Below are positions 23,437 to 36,866 of a stretch of DNA of 64,000 nucleotides, in pieces. The DNA lies in NCBI GenBank assembly GCA_965644295.1, contig CBFFRP010000015.1:1-64000 (forward strand), given 5' to 3'. The notes beneath the pieces are model-generated. The model was not told the DNA's origin. It did not search any database and saw only the letters and a list, made by a program, of their open reading frames with translations. The DNA comes from Paraphysomonas bandaiensis. Taxonomy: Eukaryota > Protista > Chrysophyceae. A program made the position numbers and the translations under genes. The stretch's first letter is position 1. Every line of letters starts with the position of its first letter.

Positions 23437-26131
23437 ATGTTAAGCGGAGAGGATATTCATATAGATGATCCCGAATACATTGAGAGGAGCATATCAGCTC
23501 CGCCTCTATCAGCTTACAGTAGTTTTCAGGTATTCTTATATCCTCTAGTCAATTACATGACCATTACATACATGCAGATGGATACAGGGGGTGTACCCTC
23601 ACGCCTTAATCCGAGAATGCCGAAGCCAATCAGGTCTCGCTATAGTCATATGCGCATATATATATACATATAACACCGTATATATACAGGTCTTCACTTC
23701 ATGATAATGGAGACTCTTCTCATTCAAATGAAGATACTTCATATGCACTCAATGGGTCGGGGCCTTTGGATTCAATGGATGACTCTCATGTTAAGCACAT
23801 CAAGTCTCTTGTTATAGACTCCAAGCCCAGGACTCCGTTAGATTTGATTCAGGTACATTTTCTCTACTATGGGGGTAGTAAATAATGTACTGATGTTATT
23901 TCAAGGAGGATTTTCCGTCAACTCCATCAGCGGTATATTCCACTCAGAAGTTTGACGAATCGAAATCCCCTCAAACGCACCCACCGGACGAGACAGATGA
24001 ATTGGATGATGTTCTCACGGGCATTGACCAGACAACCCTCGCTATGCAAGAGTTATATGTGGCAGATCACGAGCCACACAGTCCGAACGGTACATCCCAA
24101 ACTTTTAATTCACAGGAAAATCAAATTTCACGACAAGGACAGAAGCAACAGACTGTACCCCCTCCCAATTCTCACTTCTCTGGACAGCAGAACCACAACA
24201 ATCACTTTCGACCTCACGGGCAGAATAACCAGCAGCATTTCAACGGATATGGGTACCAGCAGGGTGGTGGTCCCTCGATGGGTATGTATCCACCGTTCCA
24301 AATGGGTCAGCAACATGGTATGGGGATGGAAGGTTTCGGTGTGGGACAAATGCAGCCACAAGGACCGCAAGGTATGACCGCAGGCATGGGGTACGGTGGT
24401 ATGGACGGCACTGCGTTGGGACTGGGGGGACAGCCCCATCAGCATCAGAGCGCAGGTTTTTTCATGGGCCAGAGCCAACAGGGGCAGGGGTATGTGGACC
24501 CTTATTACAGTATGGGGGGGAATCCTCCGCAGGGAAGTGGGTTCGTAGGCCAAATGCCTGGTATGCCGCAAGGAATGCCAGAGTTAGCTTACTCAAATAG
24601 CAACACCGGAGGCGATGGAATGAACTTCATGCATTATCCTCAGCAGCAGGGGCAGATGATGTCTCCCCCAACACCATACTGGGCCCCTCTACACCAACAA
24701 CAGGGTCAGCACCACGGCGGAGGTATGATGTACCCCCCTCACTTTAACCAGCAGCAGGCAGGACATATGATGGGACCACCTCAGCACCAGGGCGGCAGGG
24801 GGTACGGACACAACTCTATGCGCCCTGGACAGCACCAGGGTGGTATGTCGGCAATGCATAGACAAGGTAAAGGAATGTCGAAAGGAATACCTGATGGCTT
24901 TGCCCCTTCCAGAGACCAGGGGGGCATGGACGGACAAGGACATGGGCGGCGGACTGGGGGACGGGGTCATCAAGGACGAGGAGTTTCGACAGGAAATCAT
25001 GCTCAACCACCTGCAGTTAAAGACCCCGTGGTGGAGGACTTCCGTAACACTTACGGGAAAGGGCGCCAATGGGAGATCAAGGACCTCGTGGGTCACGTGG
25101 TTCCTTTTTGCCAAGACCAACACGGATCGCGGTTCATTCAGCAGCGTCTAGAGGTGGCATCAGATGCTGAAAAGCAGATTGTGTTCGACGAAGTACTGCC
25201 CTCCGCTAACTCGCTTATGACCGATGTGTTCGGTAACTACGTCATTCAAAAGCTCTTCGAGTTTGGCACCCCGGAGCAGTGCGAAACTCTCGCTTCTCTT
25301 CTGGCTGGCCAAGCTATTCCCTTGGCCCTTCAAATGTACGGCTGTCGTGTCATCCAGAAGGCGCTTGAATATGTTCTTATCCCACGCCTGATTACCCTAG
25401 TAGGCGAGTTCGAGGGACAGCAGGTGTTGCGGTGTGTGCATGATCAGAATGGAAACCATGTTATTCAGAAGTGTATCGAGGTGGTCAGCCGGGTGGCTAA
25501 AGAGTCTCCGCCAGACATGACGGAATATCTCAGCTCTCACATCGAGTTTATCATTCAATCATTCAAAGGGCGGGTCAAGGAGCTCTCCATGCATCCATAT
25601 GGTTGTCGTGTGGTTCAGCGCATTCTTGAGCACTGCACCGATGCCCAAAAGTCTCCTGTGTTGAAGGAACTGCGGGAGTGCTGTCGAGAACTAATCCAAG
25701 ATCAGTACGGTAACTACGTGATCCAACATGTGATGCAACATGGGTGGAAAGAGGACCGGGAAATTCTTATTCAAGAAGTACAGTCACGTCTTCTCGATTA
25801 TTCACAGCACAAATTCGCCTCTAACGTTGTGGAGAAGTGTATCCAGTTTGCTGACAAGCACGACCGTGACGAGATGATATGGGCTATCATCAATGTGACA
25901 TTTGACCTCAATAACCCTGTCGATGCCAAGACTGGACAGTGCGTGCTGGAGAACATGGTTCGCGACCCGTATGCGAACTATGTGGTGCAGAAGGTTATAG
26001 ACGTAAGCAATGAGGCCCAGCGTGGTGCTATAATTCTGTATGTTCGTGAGAATATCGTACAGCTTCGGAGGTACACTTACGGGAAGCATATCATTGTCAG
26101 GCTTGAAAAGGTGTCAGGCGAGAAGTTCTAG
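23437..26131 (+). CDS. PUM: Pumilio/Puf RNA-binding protein
   Basis: Eight Puf repeats ([80 protein letters not shown]). Q/G/M-rich middle region; short 5' exons carry RSISAPP and [10 protein letters not shown]. Confidence 0.96.
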
Positions 26132-26767
26132 TGTGTAAGCGGTTCGAGGTAAACTTGGCAATGTGGCTACTCTATCATCACTCTATTCGATAGTTGACGT
26201 GTTGCTCATCGTGATTGGCCTCACTTGTTGCGCAGTATTACGTATAGGGCGTACTCTTATAATGTTATTTTGCATATATTGTCAACATGCTGTAGTGTAG
26301 TTGTTCGTTAGCGTGCGGCCAGTACACCTATTGTTGCTCTGGAATCCACATTAAGATGTTAGTATTCCCCAAGAACAACACTAAGTAACAATAGATCGTA
26401 TTCATCGAAATCAGCGTCATATCGTTTTTCACCACAATGGTTTTATTTTAATTTGATGAGACGCATCATATATAGCAATGCACAATGTATTAGGCAGCTG
26501 TCGTTCGCAATTTAAATATTTCACCATCTTTAATATTTACTACTGATTATTAGAGAATAAAAATCTTCAGGTTATGTAATGCAAAACATATTATCTCTTG
26601 ATAGTGTTTCTTTTATTCGTATGGAACACTCGGTTCTTTATTATTACTACGCATGGCACATGACTCTTTCGATAAATACTGCTGTAGGAATATGTAGATA
26701 TGTAGCTCTATAATACTAAATACTATGCACATTCTGAACTCAGAACACTATGGGTTCAACTGACTGG

Positions 26768-28399
26768 TTACACCAGCCTTCTAGAACATACATTTCCTGC
26801 AGGTGCATCACTTTTGCTGTTCTTTGTACGCCCAGCATCAGCTGCACACAAGTGACGATATAGCACTTTGGATTTAAGCTTTCTAGATTCCTCACTCTTT
26901 CCCCCAACAGCTAGAAAAGTAGAAGGCTTCACATTGCCTGGACCAGAGAGAACCTCAGTTCTGGAAATATCAACGACATCCATTAACTGACTTTGCGGGC
27001 CTGGCATTCCAAACAGCAAAGTCTCCTCTCGAAGTGACAAACCAGTAGTTACCTCATTTCCTTTCTCCTCCACACATGAATCCATATGCTTTACGAAATG
27101 ACCAAGGGCAGCGCTATCAAAAAATTTTATACCTACGACAGCCTCTAGGGTTTCAATTCGAACCAAAAAAGAAAGAGGAGTAAGAGACAAAGGGATTTCC
27201 AATGTGTTGGTTTTTCGATTTTTTACCACACTAATTCCAAATATTGAAGAAAACCACTCCCATATGCGGGAAAATATTGACATTGATGGTGACATTTGCC
27301 GCTTGTGAGTGTATAGTTCCGGGTCACAGTTCGGAACAAGGAAAGCAGCCGCCCTCACCTCTTCCCCTTTGCTAGATAGCTTCTGGGTAAGGACCACCTT
27401 AAAAAAGTGTGTCGGAACATGAACCAGATGTGGTGGGGAACCTAGAACACAATGAGGCACAAGTTCGTTCCAGATATCTCGCGATAGGTCTCACCAATAG
27501 TACGTGTTTCTATGACATAACCATCATCCTTGTGAGTGGGAAGAAATGCCGGTCCCGACACAACAACTACCTCCTGATAGATAGGAGCCAGATATAAGGA
27601 AGCCAGGTATAGAAATCCAGAAAATCGTATTATCTTACATCGTGATCAAGAAGCAAATCCCTAGTCCATTGCTCCAAAGCTTTCCACACACCTCGGTTCA
27701 TTTTCGGATTCTTTGGAATACTTTAATACAGCAAACAAGTGTATATCATAGTACCTGTGGAGATACGTTGGACATGGCGAACGTAGCTTTCGACAGTTCC
27801 TGTACGACAAATATAATACACAAGCATGCGGATAGTTTAAAAGTACCGCAGAGTGTTTAAAATCGGCAGCAGCAGCGAGATGCCCCCTGTCATACCCGCA
27901 GCCCTTATAATCACGAGGATCAACCTACGAGCCAACCCATATTAACGACTTCATGTGCGCATATATGCACATTCCTAGTCCATATGACATATATATGCAA
28001 CACAACCAACCACATTGTGCAAATATAGGACACCAATAGACCATATCATATATATACACATGTATATGCAGTATATACATATATATGCAGCACCTGGAAG
28101 ATGGGCTCTGTTATATCGCGATCTCTGTAGAACGCTGGCCTCTTAGAACTGCTGCTTTCCAAACTCTTTCCATCTGATCCCTGTCGTTTCAGTCTCTCTA
28201 AAACCCATCTTGGATTTCTTGTACGTGAGTCATATTTAATAGTTAGAGAGTCATTCTGTTTAGAGATAATGAAGTCGTCTTTAGAGGGAGAGATGTGATC
28301 CACTGAGATGACTGCACTCCCATCACGACACTCTGATGATATGCTGTTGGTGATATAAGCAGCGGCTGATAATATGGGGAGTGAGTGGAAGGATCTCAT
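26768..28399 (-). CDS. ENDOG: DNA/RNA non-specific endonuclease (EndoG/Nuc1 family)
   Basis: YDSRTRNPRWVLE, GYDRGHLAAAA (~27860-27900), VHVPTHFFKVVL; multi-exon. Confidence 0.88.
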
Positions 28400-28440
28400 C
28401 GTGATGGAAGATAGTGACTATATGAATAGATGAACTGCAG

Positions 28441-28663
28441 CACATAACATACACACACGTACCTACCTACCTACCTACCTACCTACCTACATACCTAACA
28501 AAAAAGATTGATAGAATGATCAGTACATCAGTACCTACATACACACACGTACCTACCTACCTACCTACTGTACATACATACACACACGTACCTACCTACC
28601 TACCTACATACATACACACAACCTACCTACCTACCTACCTACTACATACACATACATACATAC
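28441..28663. repeat. Mixed (CTAC)n/(TACA)n microsatellite with duplicated blocks
   Basis: Directly visible; CATACACACACGTACCTACCTACC is repeated three times. Confidence 0.95.
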
Positions 28664-28843
28664 TCTGTACATGTGTGTATGTATACATTAGTTTCGGTAC
28701 AAGGGTGCCAGAATATATTGGACTGGGGACTGTCGACTGATAGAACAATGTAGAGCACAACACTCACTGTATACATATATATCCTTCATAATATGCTCGA
28801 ATATATCTCATAAACATCCTCACCTCTCTATTATTAGATCTCA

Positions 28844-30290
28844 ATGGAGCTGTCTTATAACAGTCCATCAGATGCGGTGTCTGTTATAGTTAATTATATA
28901 GACCAACATATGTATTTATCCGCACAATCAGAGTACGAGAAACTAATGAGTATTCTATCGAATACAGAGCTCTGGAAGGACAGAGAGACAAAAGCAGATA
29001 ATATCCGCTCACAGTTAAGTGCAGTGAAGCCTAAAATAGACCTTATGCTGAAGCGGTGTGAGGATATTAATGCCGCATATAAGAGCACATCTGCTCCAGT
29101 TGATAACTGGCGATTCGGCTGTGAAGTCGATGGAATTACAACCCACTATATGATTGATGATGATGGATTTATTTCTCTTCGAGCAGAAGGAATACTAGAA
29201 AACATTCCCCTTTACGAGCAGTTGTTTGCCATATATGAGATTGGATTGTACAAAACTTGGGTACCGTTTTGCACCTCATCTAAGTTATTAAAGCAAATCG
29301 GTAACGTGTTCTATGAAGTTGTGCTGTTGTATTAATTATTATCCAATGCAGACCACCTTGAGATGCTGGCAGCACTGCGAATGAACACCCCTTTTGGTAT
29401 TTCTCGGGATGTTCAGGTGCACGCCTACGGCGCGAATTGCCTGGAATTCAATGGGTCCATCGTAATAGTCACCCGGTCCGTGGACGAGTTCCCTGGGGCC
29501 CATTTACCCCCTCCATCACAGGGTTTTTTTACGGACCGTTGTGAAGTTACTCAGATGTACGCTGTCACAAGGCCTTTGTCGCCTTCTTCCGCTGAGGTAA
29601 TATTGACTGCATCAGTACCTCTGTCACTCTAATTGTATGTTCAGTTCGTGTGCACCATGAAAGTGGATCCCAAATTTCGAGTTCCTCAGACGATTATTAA
29701 TTGGTTCATTAAGCAGCTAGCAGGGGTTGCGTTCCATCTGATCAGAAAGCAGGCCAGAATAGTGAGTAGTATTTGCTTGCACACGTTATTGCAATTGCTG
29801 ATTCTACATACAGATAGCTAACAACCCCGATCACCCTTTATATTCGGAAAGACTATCTGATAATTCAGAATTTTATTTGAATTTTCTTCTTCCCGAGTTT
29901 CGGGCATTCGTGCAGAGCAAAGGATGGGATCAGCCAGTAGTTGCGTGTCTGGGATACGCAGGGGTGCCTGTACCAGGGGCTGACTACTCCCGTGGTGTTC
30001 TTCCAAGGCCAATGTCCACATCTTCTATTTGCAGAGATAAAGGGGGAAAAGGGCGGACTTCATCTGTAGCTACAAACAGTTCTGGTGGGTTCTATTCCTG
30101 CCACGACGAGCCCTGTTTCACCGCATGTGATGACGAGAGCATTTCCACTGCTCTGGCCACCACTCCTCTGCTGCCGGATGCAAGCGACTGTATTGATACC
30201 TACAACAATCGAGATGACGGTGTTGGTCCTGTGTCTTCCGAAACACGGGGAAATGACTGCTGCTGTAGGTTCCTTTACTGTTGCTACTAA
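28844..30290 (+). CDS. START-like lipid-binding domain protein with Cys-rich C-terminus
   Basis: WRFG..DGITTHY, EIGLYKTWVPFC, RDVQVHAYG, VDPKFRVPQTIINW; four exons; ends CCCRFLYCCY. Confidence 0.7.
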
Positions 30291-31279
30291 TACCTCGTTC
30301 GAAGAGTAATATCACTCATCTCTTGACTTGTAAGTGTAGTTTGTATGCCATAACACTGTTTGGCGTCTATTGCTTGTTATTTATCATAAGTTGTTAAAGT
30401 GCGATGCTTTATGTTTCTTGATGGTTCAATTGAATATTTTGTAAAGTTTAGAAGTAACTCGTCGAAGTGTCAACCCGAAAGGGGTATATTATTAGTATAA
30501 AAGTTATCTAATATAATAAATTATATGAATGAAACCTCTTACTCTCTCTGTGTGATATTGTGCTACATATCCTTGATCGGAAATATATTTAGATTGTAGT
30601 ATAAAACGATCAGTACATAACAAATATTAAAGAGCACATTCATTATTGACGTAGAACACATAATTTAAAGTAAACTACAATAGTGTATCAGGAATCTCAA
30701 TGTCACAACGTAATATAGTAATACACTAGTCAGTCCAGCTACATGAACTACGAGTGCAACGTTACAATATAGTGCAGATATGCCTTATAGATTCCTATGC
30801 AAGAGCTATACACAATAAGAGAGTCATATGAACACCTTACATACAAGGAGACATCACTGTATAGCTCTACATGCATATATATATCATATGGAGGCTTATG
30901 CTATGATGCAATCAGTTAAATAAGTTGAAACTAAGTTCATACCTCAGTGCAGTACACACTTATGAAAGATCCATCTCTGGATATGCTGATATTCCGGTAT
31001 GTTGTATCTACTCGTAGTGGATAAAAATGCAGTTTTTTTTTGTTTTTAACTTAGAAACCCTATATTTTTAGATGCGAATTGACATTTCCGAGGTATAAAA
31101 ATCAATATACTTCTCTAGGTGAGGTAGGAACAGATGGGTAAAATTTTGTATCTGCTAGAAAAAATGCATGTGAGTGTATTTTTATGCCCATATAATGCTG
31201 CAGGAGGTGAAGTGCATGAAGTGGTATTAAGAAGTGAAGTCGAAGTCATCCAGCTGATAGTATATAGTGGTGGTTCAGT

Positions 31280-33691
31280 ATGGGTCAGTCCGCATCAAAA
31301 GCTGATGCGTATAGAACAGCTAATGATACTTCGTTTTTGCGGGGTATCAGCTCAGATCTTCCTAAAGGTGTGATATCCGTCATATCTATTGCATACATGT
31401 ATATGCCTGTATGTATATGCATGTGTATGTATATGCCTGTATGTATATGCCTGTATGTATATGCCTGTATGTATATGCATGTGTATGTATATGCCTGTGT
31501 ATGTATATATATATATATAGCCCTCTCATCTCTCTGCAGACACACAGGCTGTGGTCATATCAATTATTTCTGCCCACAATTTACCTCATCTTGACACAGA
31601 GGGTACACTATTACCTCATCCCTTTGTAGAGATATCCGTCTCTCCTCCTGATAGATCGCTGGGCGATCAGAGGCAGAAGACACCCTATAAGCCCAATGCG
31701 ATCAACCCCAAGTGGTTCCCTGCCTCTAGATTTATAGTGGCTGTGACGAGTATGGCTTCACGTATACAACTAGCAGTGTGAGTATACAGTGTGTGTGTGT
31801 ATGTATACAACTGCTTCTATATATATACCCATAGGATGATACTCGTATGCTACTATATATACCCTTTTGATGATATATGCCCGTATATTATGATATATAG
31901 TTGTGTTATATTGTTCTTATAGTTTTGTGTGTAATATTTGTCATATTTTAGGTACTCACAAGGAAGTGAACTTAATGGAGGTTTGATATCTTGCGTTTTC
32001 GTAGATTCGGAGCTAGCAGCGGAAAGCATACCTCTTGGGACTGCGTTTATTCAGGTAGCCGAAATTGTTAACTCTCGCGGACCAATACTCCTGCCTTTGC
32101 TGGACACTCAAAATCTATCCGATACTGGTGCAAAGGTAGATTGTTACGCCTTCCTTTTTAGCATATTCCTAACGTTTTGATGCATTGTAGCTGGAGGTTA
32201 TGATAAATCGTATGGACATTTCTCAGGCACTTTCTGAGCGGCAAGATGTTGTCTACGAATACCAACGATGGCAGCCCATTCTAGAATGGGGTAGCAGCTA
32301 TCCAGGCCACCTCCTGGTAACTGACCCTTCTCCATGGAGTGACGATAAGGGTAGTCGTTACGGGGAAGAACGTGATGATGTTAGTCACCCTCTACCCGAA
32401 GGGTGGAAAATTATACAGCCATTCACCGTGGTGCCTACTGAGGTACTGAGTATATGTACGATCTACATGTGCTTTCTCTAAGTAACTGTTTTCCCAGGAA
32501 GATTCTGACGGATGGGAATACGCCTTTGATTTCTCTTCCTCTGATTGGTACCCAACACCTCAACAATATTGTGCGTCATTGACAATATGTGTTTCTTGTT
32601 CTATCTGATATGTTATTGCAGCCTATGTGCGTCGTAGAGCATGGCTACAGGAGGCTACAGTCTCCTCGGCTGTCACCTCGCCTATATTTTACAATCTTCC
32701 TGACAGTCCAGTGAAACCGCTGCAGTTACCAACTCTGTTAGCTCAAGCAAACAGCAATTTGATTGACAATACTAAAGTTTACATGCTGGTGGAGCTCCCT
32801 CACTTACTTCCTGACCACATGACCACTGTTTGCGAAATTTGCGCCGAAGGAGGTCTATCTAAACCAAAGATTAGTGGCGTTTTTGGTAGGCATGTGGCTT
32901 TACTCTCAGTGAATAGAGCTGCCTCGATAACATGTGCGGACATTGCTTCCACACTCTCTCCTACTGCCCAGCGACTAATGATGCTAGATGACAGAGCGGC
33001 CAATGACACGTGCTCTTTCTCGGCAAAGGAAGCTATCACGAGTGAACGTCAGCGAGGACATGATGGTGTGTTACGACTCAGCTCATTCACATTCGACACC
33101 ACCGAGGAGTCTTCATGGGAGGGATTGGACGAAGGAAGCATCGAAGTCAGAGTAGTAATATCGTTCAGTTGGGGGGGAATGGAACACGTATCTAGATATC
33201 AAACTGTGCAAATTGCGGAAAAAGCCAGCATTAAGTGGGTCGATAACGTGTCGGAGCCGGTCAGCTTAGACAATATTTCTAATGGCATGATAAATGTGCA
33301 TATCGTAACTCCAGATGGGGATGCCCTAGGGACGGCTACATTAAATTGTACTGAAGCCAGTGAACCCGGAGGAACTGAGGCTGTTGCTGATATGATACAT
33401 AACGACGCGATCAAGGGCAAATTCCGGGTCAAATGCGTATACTCTCAACTGTGCAGTCGTATATCTTCTCCTATTAAACTTACGGAGATTGTTCTTCATC
33501 CAAGTAATGATATCCGTATGGACAGCGTGAAAAAAATAGCAGAGAATTTGAATCTGTCTGTCACCCTACAGGGATACAATGGTTCGGATGGTAAAGAAAA
33601 TCGGTTACTAACCTTGTCGTCATGCAATAATGAAGGTAGAACACTACAGCGGTTGCTTGATGCCGCTCATGCCACAGTTGGAAAATTCTAA
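31280..33691 (+). CDS. N-myristoylated C2 + DysF (Pex24/dysferlin) + C2-like protein
   Basis: MGQSASK start; C2 motifs ISIISAHNLP..HPFVEI..NPKW; DysF motifs YEYQRWQP..W..TDPSPWSD..LPEGW..DSDGWEYAFDF..VRRRAW. Confidence 0.75.
31391..31519. repeat. TATG-derived 14-bp minisatellite (ATGTATATGCCTGT) in the first intron
   Basis: Directly visible. Confidence 0.85.
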
Positions 33692-33996
33692 CATGATATT
33701 TCCTTTCCAATCAATGTAGACGCGTATACTGTTGCCAACCGACCGGCAATGTAATACTCATATTTGTATCTATAAATATAGTTTAAAAGCGCTGTATATG
33801 GATACGCCATGTAAAATAAATATATTCTTCTTTTAATAAGCGCCAGATCATCAGTTCAGTTTCTCTCGAACACTGATCCCAATTGGCAGAACTGTGTAAC
33901 TATTTATTTCTCATACACTGCATTATTGAATATAGACAAAAAGTATAGTATGCCACAATAAAAAAGGTTGAAAGATAGCTTATAGTAGGGCTATAT

Positions 33997-34117
33997 CAGG
34001 GCTAGGAAACAATATATTGCAATATATTGTGAGCTACTTTAACAGAAACAATATTGATGGGATTTTTGGCCGGTCGACCAATCAATATATTTTACAATAT
34101 ATTGTTTCCTAGCCCTG
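33997..34117. mobile_element. 121-bp MITE of hAT-like family A
   Basis: TIR CAGGGCTAGGAAACAATATATTG / CAATATATTGTTTCCTAGCCCTG, flanked by CTATAT on both sides (33991-33996 and 34118-34123). Confidence 0.85.
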
Positions 34118-34639
34118 CTATATATTATATCTAGTATATAGTTATTATATCCAATTGGTATAAGAGTATGAATTCTGAAATTGAGCTCTGTAGAACGAAT
34201 AATAAAATTGTTGCTTTTCAGCAACAATACACCGAGTAATACAAAGTTACACAACCCCTACCAATGAAACCATTTTAGAATTCAACTTATAATGTACTAT
34301 TATAGCAATATAGATGTTGTACGGAGGCTAATAAATATCTAAGATGTAAAAATATCTAAATATGCAATGGTAGTTGAGATGACACGAATTTATGAATGAA
34401 AATAAATGATAAGTGATGCTGGCCACTATATATATTAATGATAGATTATTCCATTTTATTCATCAAGTTTTTTTACATCAAGTTTTGTTTATCAGAATGC
34501 TTTTATTAGCACCAGGCTATCTTAAATTTCGGTTTGAACAGATACTATATTTTGTATTAATTATGGTATTGACAGTCATTATATTATACAATTTTAGTAT
34601 AGCAAATCATCAAACACCCTAAGTAAGTTGGCTGTATCC

Positions 34640-34880
34640 ATTAGATTTCTTCTGATACGGATGATCATAATAATATATGTCATAGCAAGCGATCTACCTT
34701 ATCAATATTATAAGAATATTACTGGACAGTTCGTGTACCACATTTGATGCTGAAGGCGATATCGAGCACCCTTTGAGATTTTTTGGCCATGTCGTGCATA
34801 TCAGGAATATTGTGAGCCTCATATCATAAGCCCAGCAGAGTCAGTTGTACTAGCAGAGGTTAAGCGTGTTGTATAGTTAA
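34640..34880 (+). repeat. Old fragment homologous to the interior of the 51772-52599 element
   Basis: GTACCA(C/T)ATTTGATGCT, GCCAT(G/A)TCGTGC..TCAGGA and GCAGAGGT.AAGC occur in the same order at ~52010-52250. Confidence 0.55.
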
Positions 34881-35153
34881 CAAATATTAACATCTCAGTA
34901 GCGACATTCATCCATTTTGTCATTCAAAAACTTATGTCATATTAAGTATTTTACCCCCACTCAAATGATGTGAATATTATATGTTAGTTCAGCACTAAAA
35001 ATAATCGGTTTCGTCACATACCACCATACGATTAATTATAAGAATGTTGTAGCATCGGCCGAATATTTCAACATTTCAAGAGAAACCTTCAAAATCTATT
35101 TCAACACGTACCGAACAACGCAGATATCTATTTATTCCCTCTCCACTTAATCC

Positions 35154-36866
35154 CTAAAATCCGTTCCTCCTATCATCAAAATTCCTAGTTCCCCTAACAT
35201 TTCCTCTATTGTAATCAAAGTTCATATTATCGCTCCTTGGCCTTAGCTTAGATTCACCTCTTCTCCTACTACCACCTCCGCTAGAAATAGGATCAAAGTT
35301 ATCTCTTCCTCCATTTTGTCTTCCTCTGCCATAGTTTCCATATCTTCCTCCTCCACCCTCAGTTCTATGACGGGAGTATTGGTTCTGTCGTCTGACAGGA
35401 GTGGGGGGTATCAGAGCACGGAGCTCAGGTGGCACAACCTGTCCAGCACGCTCTAGAACTCCTACTAAATCGCGAGCACAATGGATGTCTTCAGGTGTGA
35501 AGAAACTGTGAGCAATGCCAGTCCGAGAGCCACGAGCAGTGCGGCCGATACGATGAACATAATCCTCTATTCCCGAAGACTTTCCAGGGGGCAAGTCATA
35601 ATTGATCACTACTTCGATATCCTGTATAGGAAACAATAATTATACAAGCCGATATGAACGATAATTAAAGACTGATACCTTAACATCGAGTCCTCTAGCA
35701 GCAACATCAGTGGCCACAAGCACTTTAATCTGCGACTTTCTGAATCTGTCCATAATGGCAGTACGAGCATTCTGTTCTTTGTCTCCGTGTAGAGTTCCCA
35801 CAGGGTATCCGAGATCTCTTAGATCGTAGGCAAGATCATCACAATCGGCCTTACGCTTCATAAACACCAAGGTCTTTGGTACCTGTGCAGGATCTACTTT
35901 TCCCTCCTCATTCTTAGGGCACATACCCGCAAGAAGTTCTTCCATCTTGTACGGTTTCTCGAAAGGCTTAATCATATGGATATGTTGTGTAATAGCACTG
36001 TTAGCATTGAGAGAATCCTGCTCGCCAATGTTAACCGTTACGGGATTATTGAGATACTCTGCGGCCAGATGCTGTACACCCTTGGGCCAGGTGGCAGTGA
36101 AGAAAAGGTTTTGTCTGGACTCACTGCAAGTGTCAATAATCGTGCGGATCTGCGGTTCAAAACCCATATCCAACATACGGTCAGCCTCATCGAGTACCAA
36201 GTAGTTCACTAGACTCAAATCTAACGCTCCCATTTCTATGAGGTCATTGCACCGCCCAGGAGTTGCAACTATCAAATCAACACCCCGGCTAAGAGTGCGC
36301 AGTTGTGGACCCTTTGACGCACCTCCAAAAAGAGCCGCCACTGATATTCCAGCTACACCAGAAAATTTCAAGGCCTCTGTTTCGATCTGTTGAGTGAGCT
36401 CCCTTGTAGGTGCCAGCACAAGTGCAGTGGGGAGTTTCCTTGGCCTTCCAGGTACTCTACGCTGTGGGGGGTTCTTATATATCTTCTCAAAAGCTGGAAG
36501 GAGAAAAGCACATGTTTTCCCACTTCCAGTACGTGCTACAGAGATCATATCTCGTCCAGCAAGAGCAAGTGGCCAAGACTGAGCTTGTATAGGTGTAGGT
36601 GCAGTGAATCCTTGTCTCTTTAAGGCCTCTGTCACAGGTGCAGGGAAAGGAGCATCATCAAATGACAATAATGGAGTACATTCTTCATCACGTTTTAATC
36701 CTTTTAATATCACAGAATGTAATTTTCTGAATGATTCGACATTATTGTCATCATCTAATTGAGCAGCTGATGTACTCCATCGAATAGATGATGAGAGACT
36801 ATTGCGTGTAAGGAATGATACCCGTACATTCGCTGAATGAAGTAAGCGAAAACTGTTGCGATACAT
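35154..36866 (-). CDS. DEAD-box RNA helicase, DBP2/DDX5-like, with a probable mitochondrial presequence
   Basis: Q motif, ARTGSGKT, PTREL, TPGR, DEAD, TAT, ARGLD, HRIGRTAR; RGG-like tail; one intron ~35621-35679; R/S-rich N-terminus lacking acidic residues. Confidence 0.93.
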
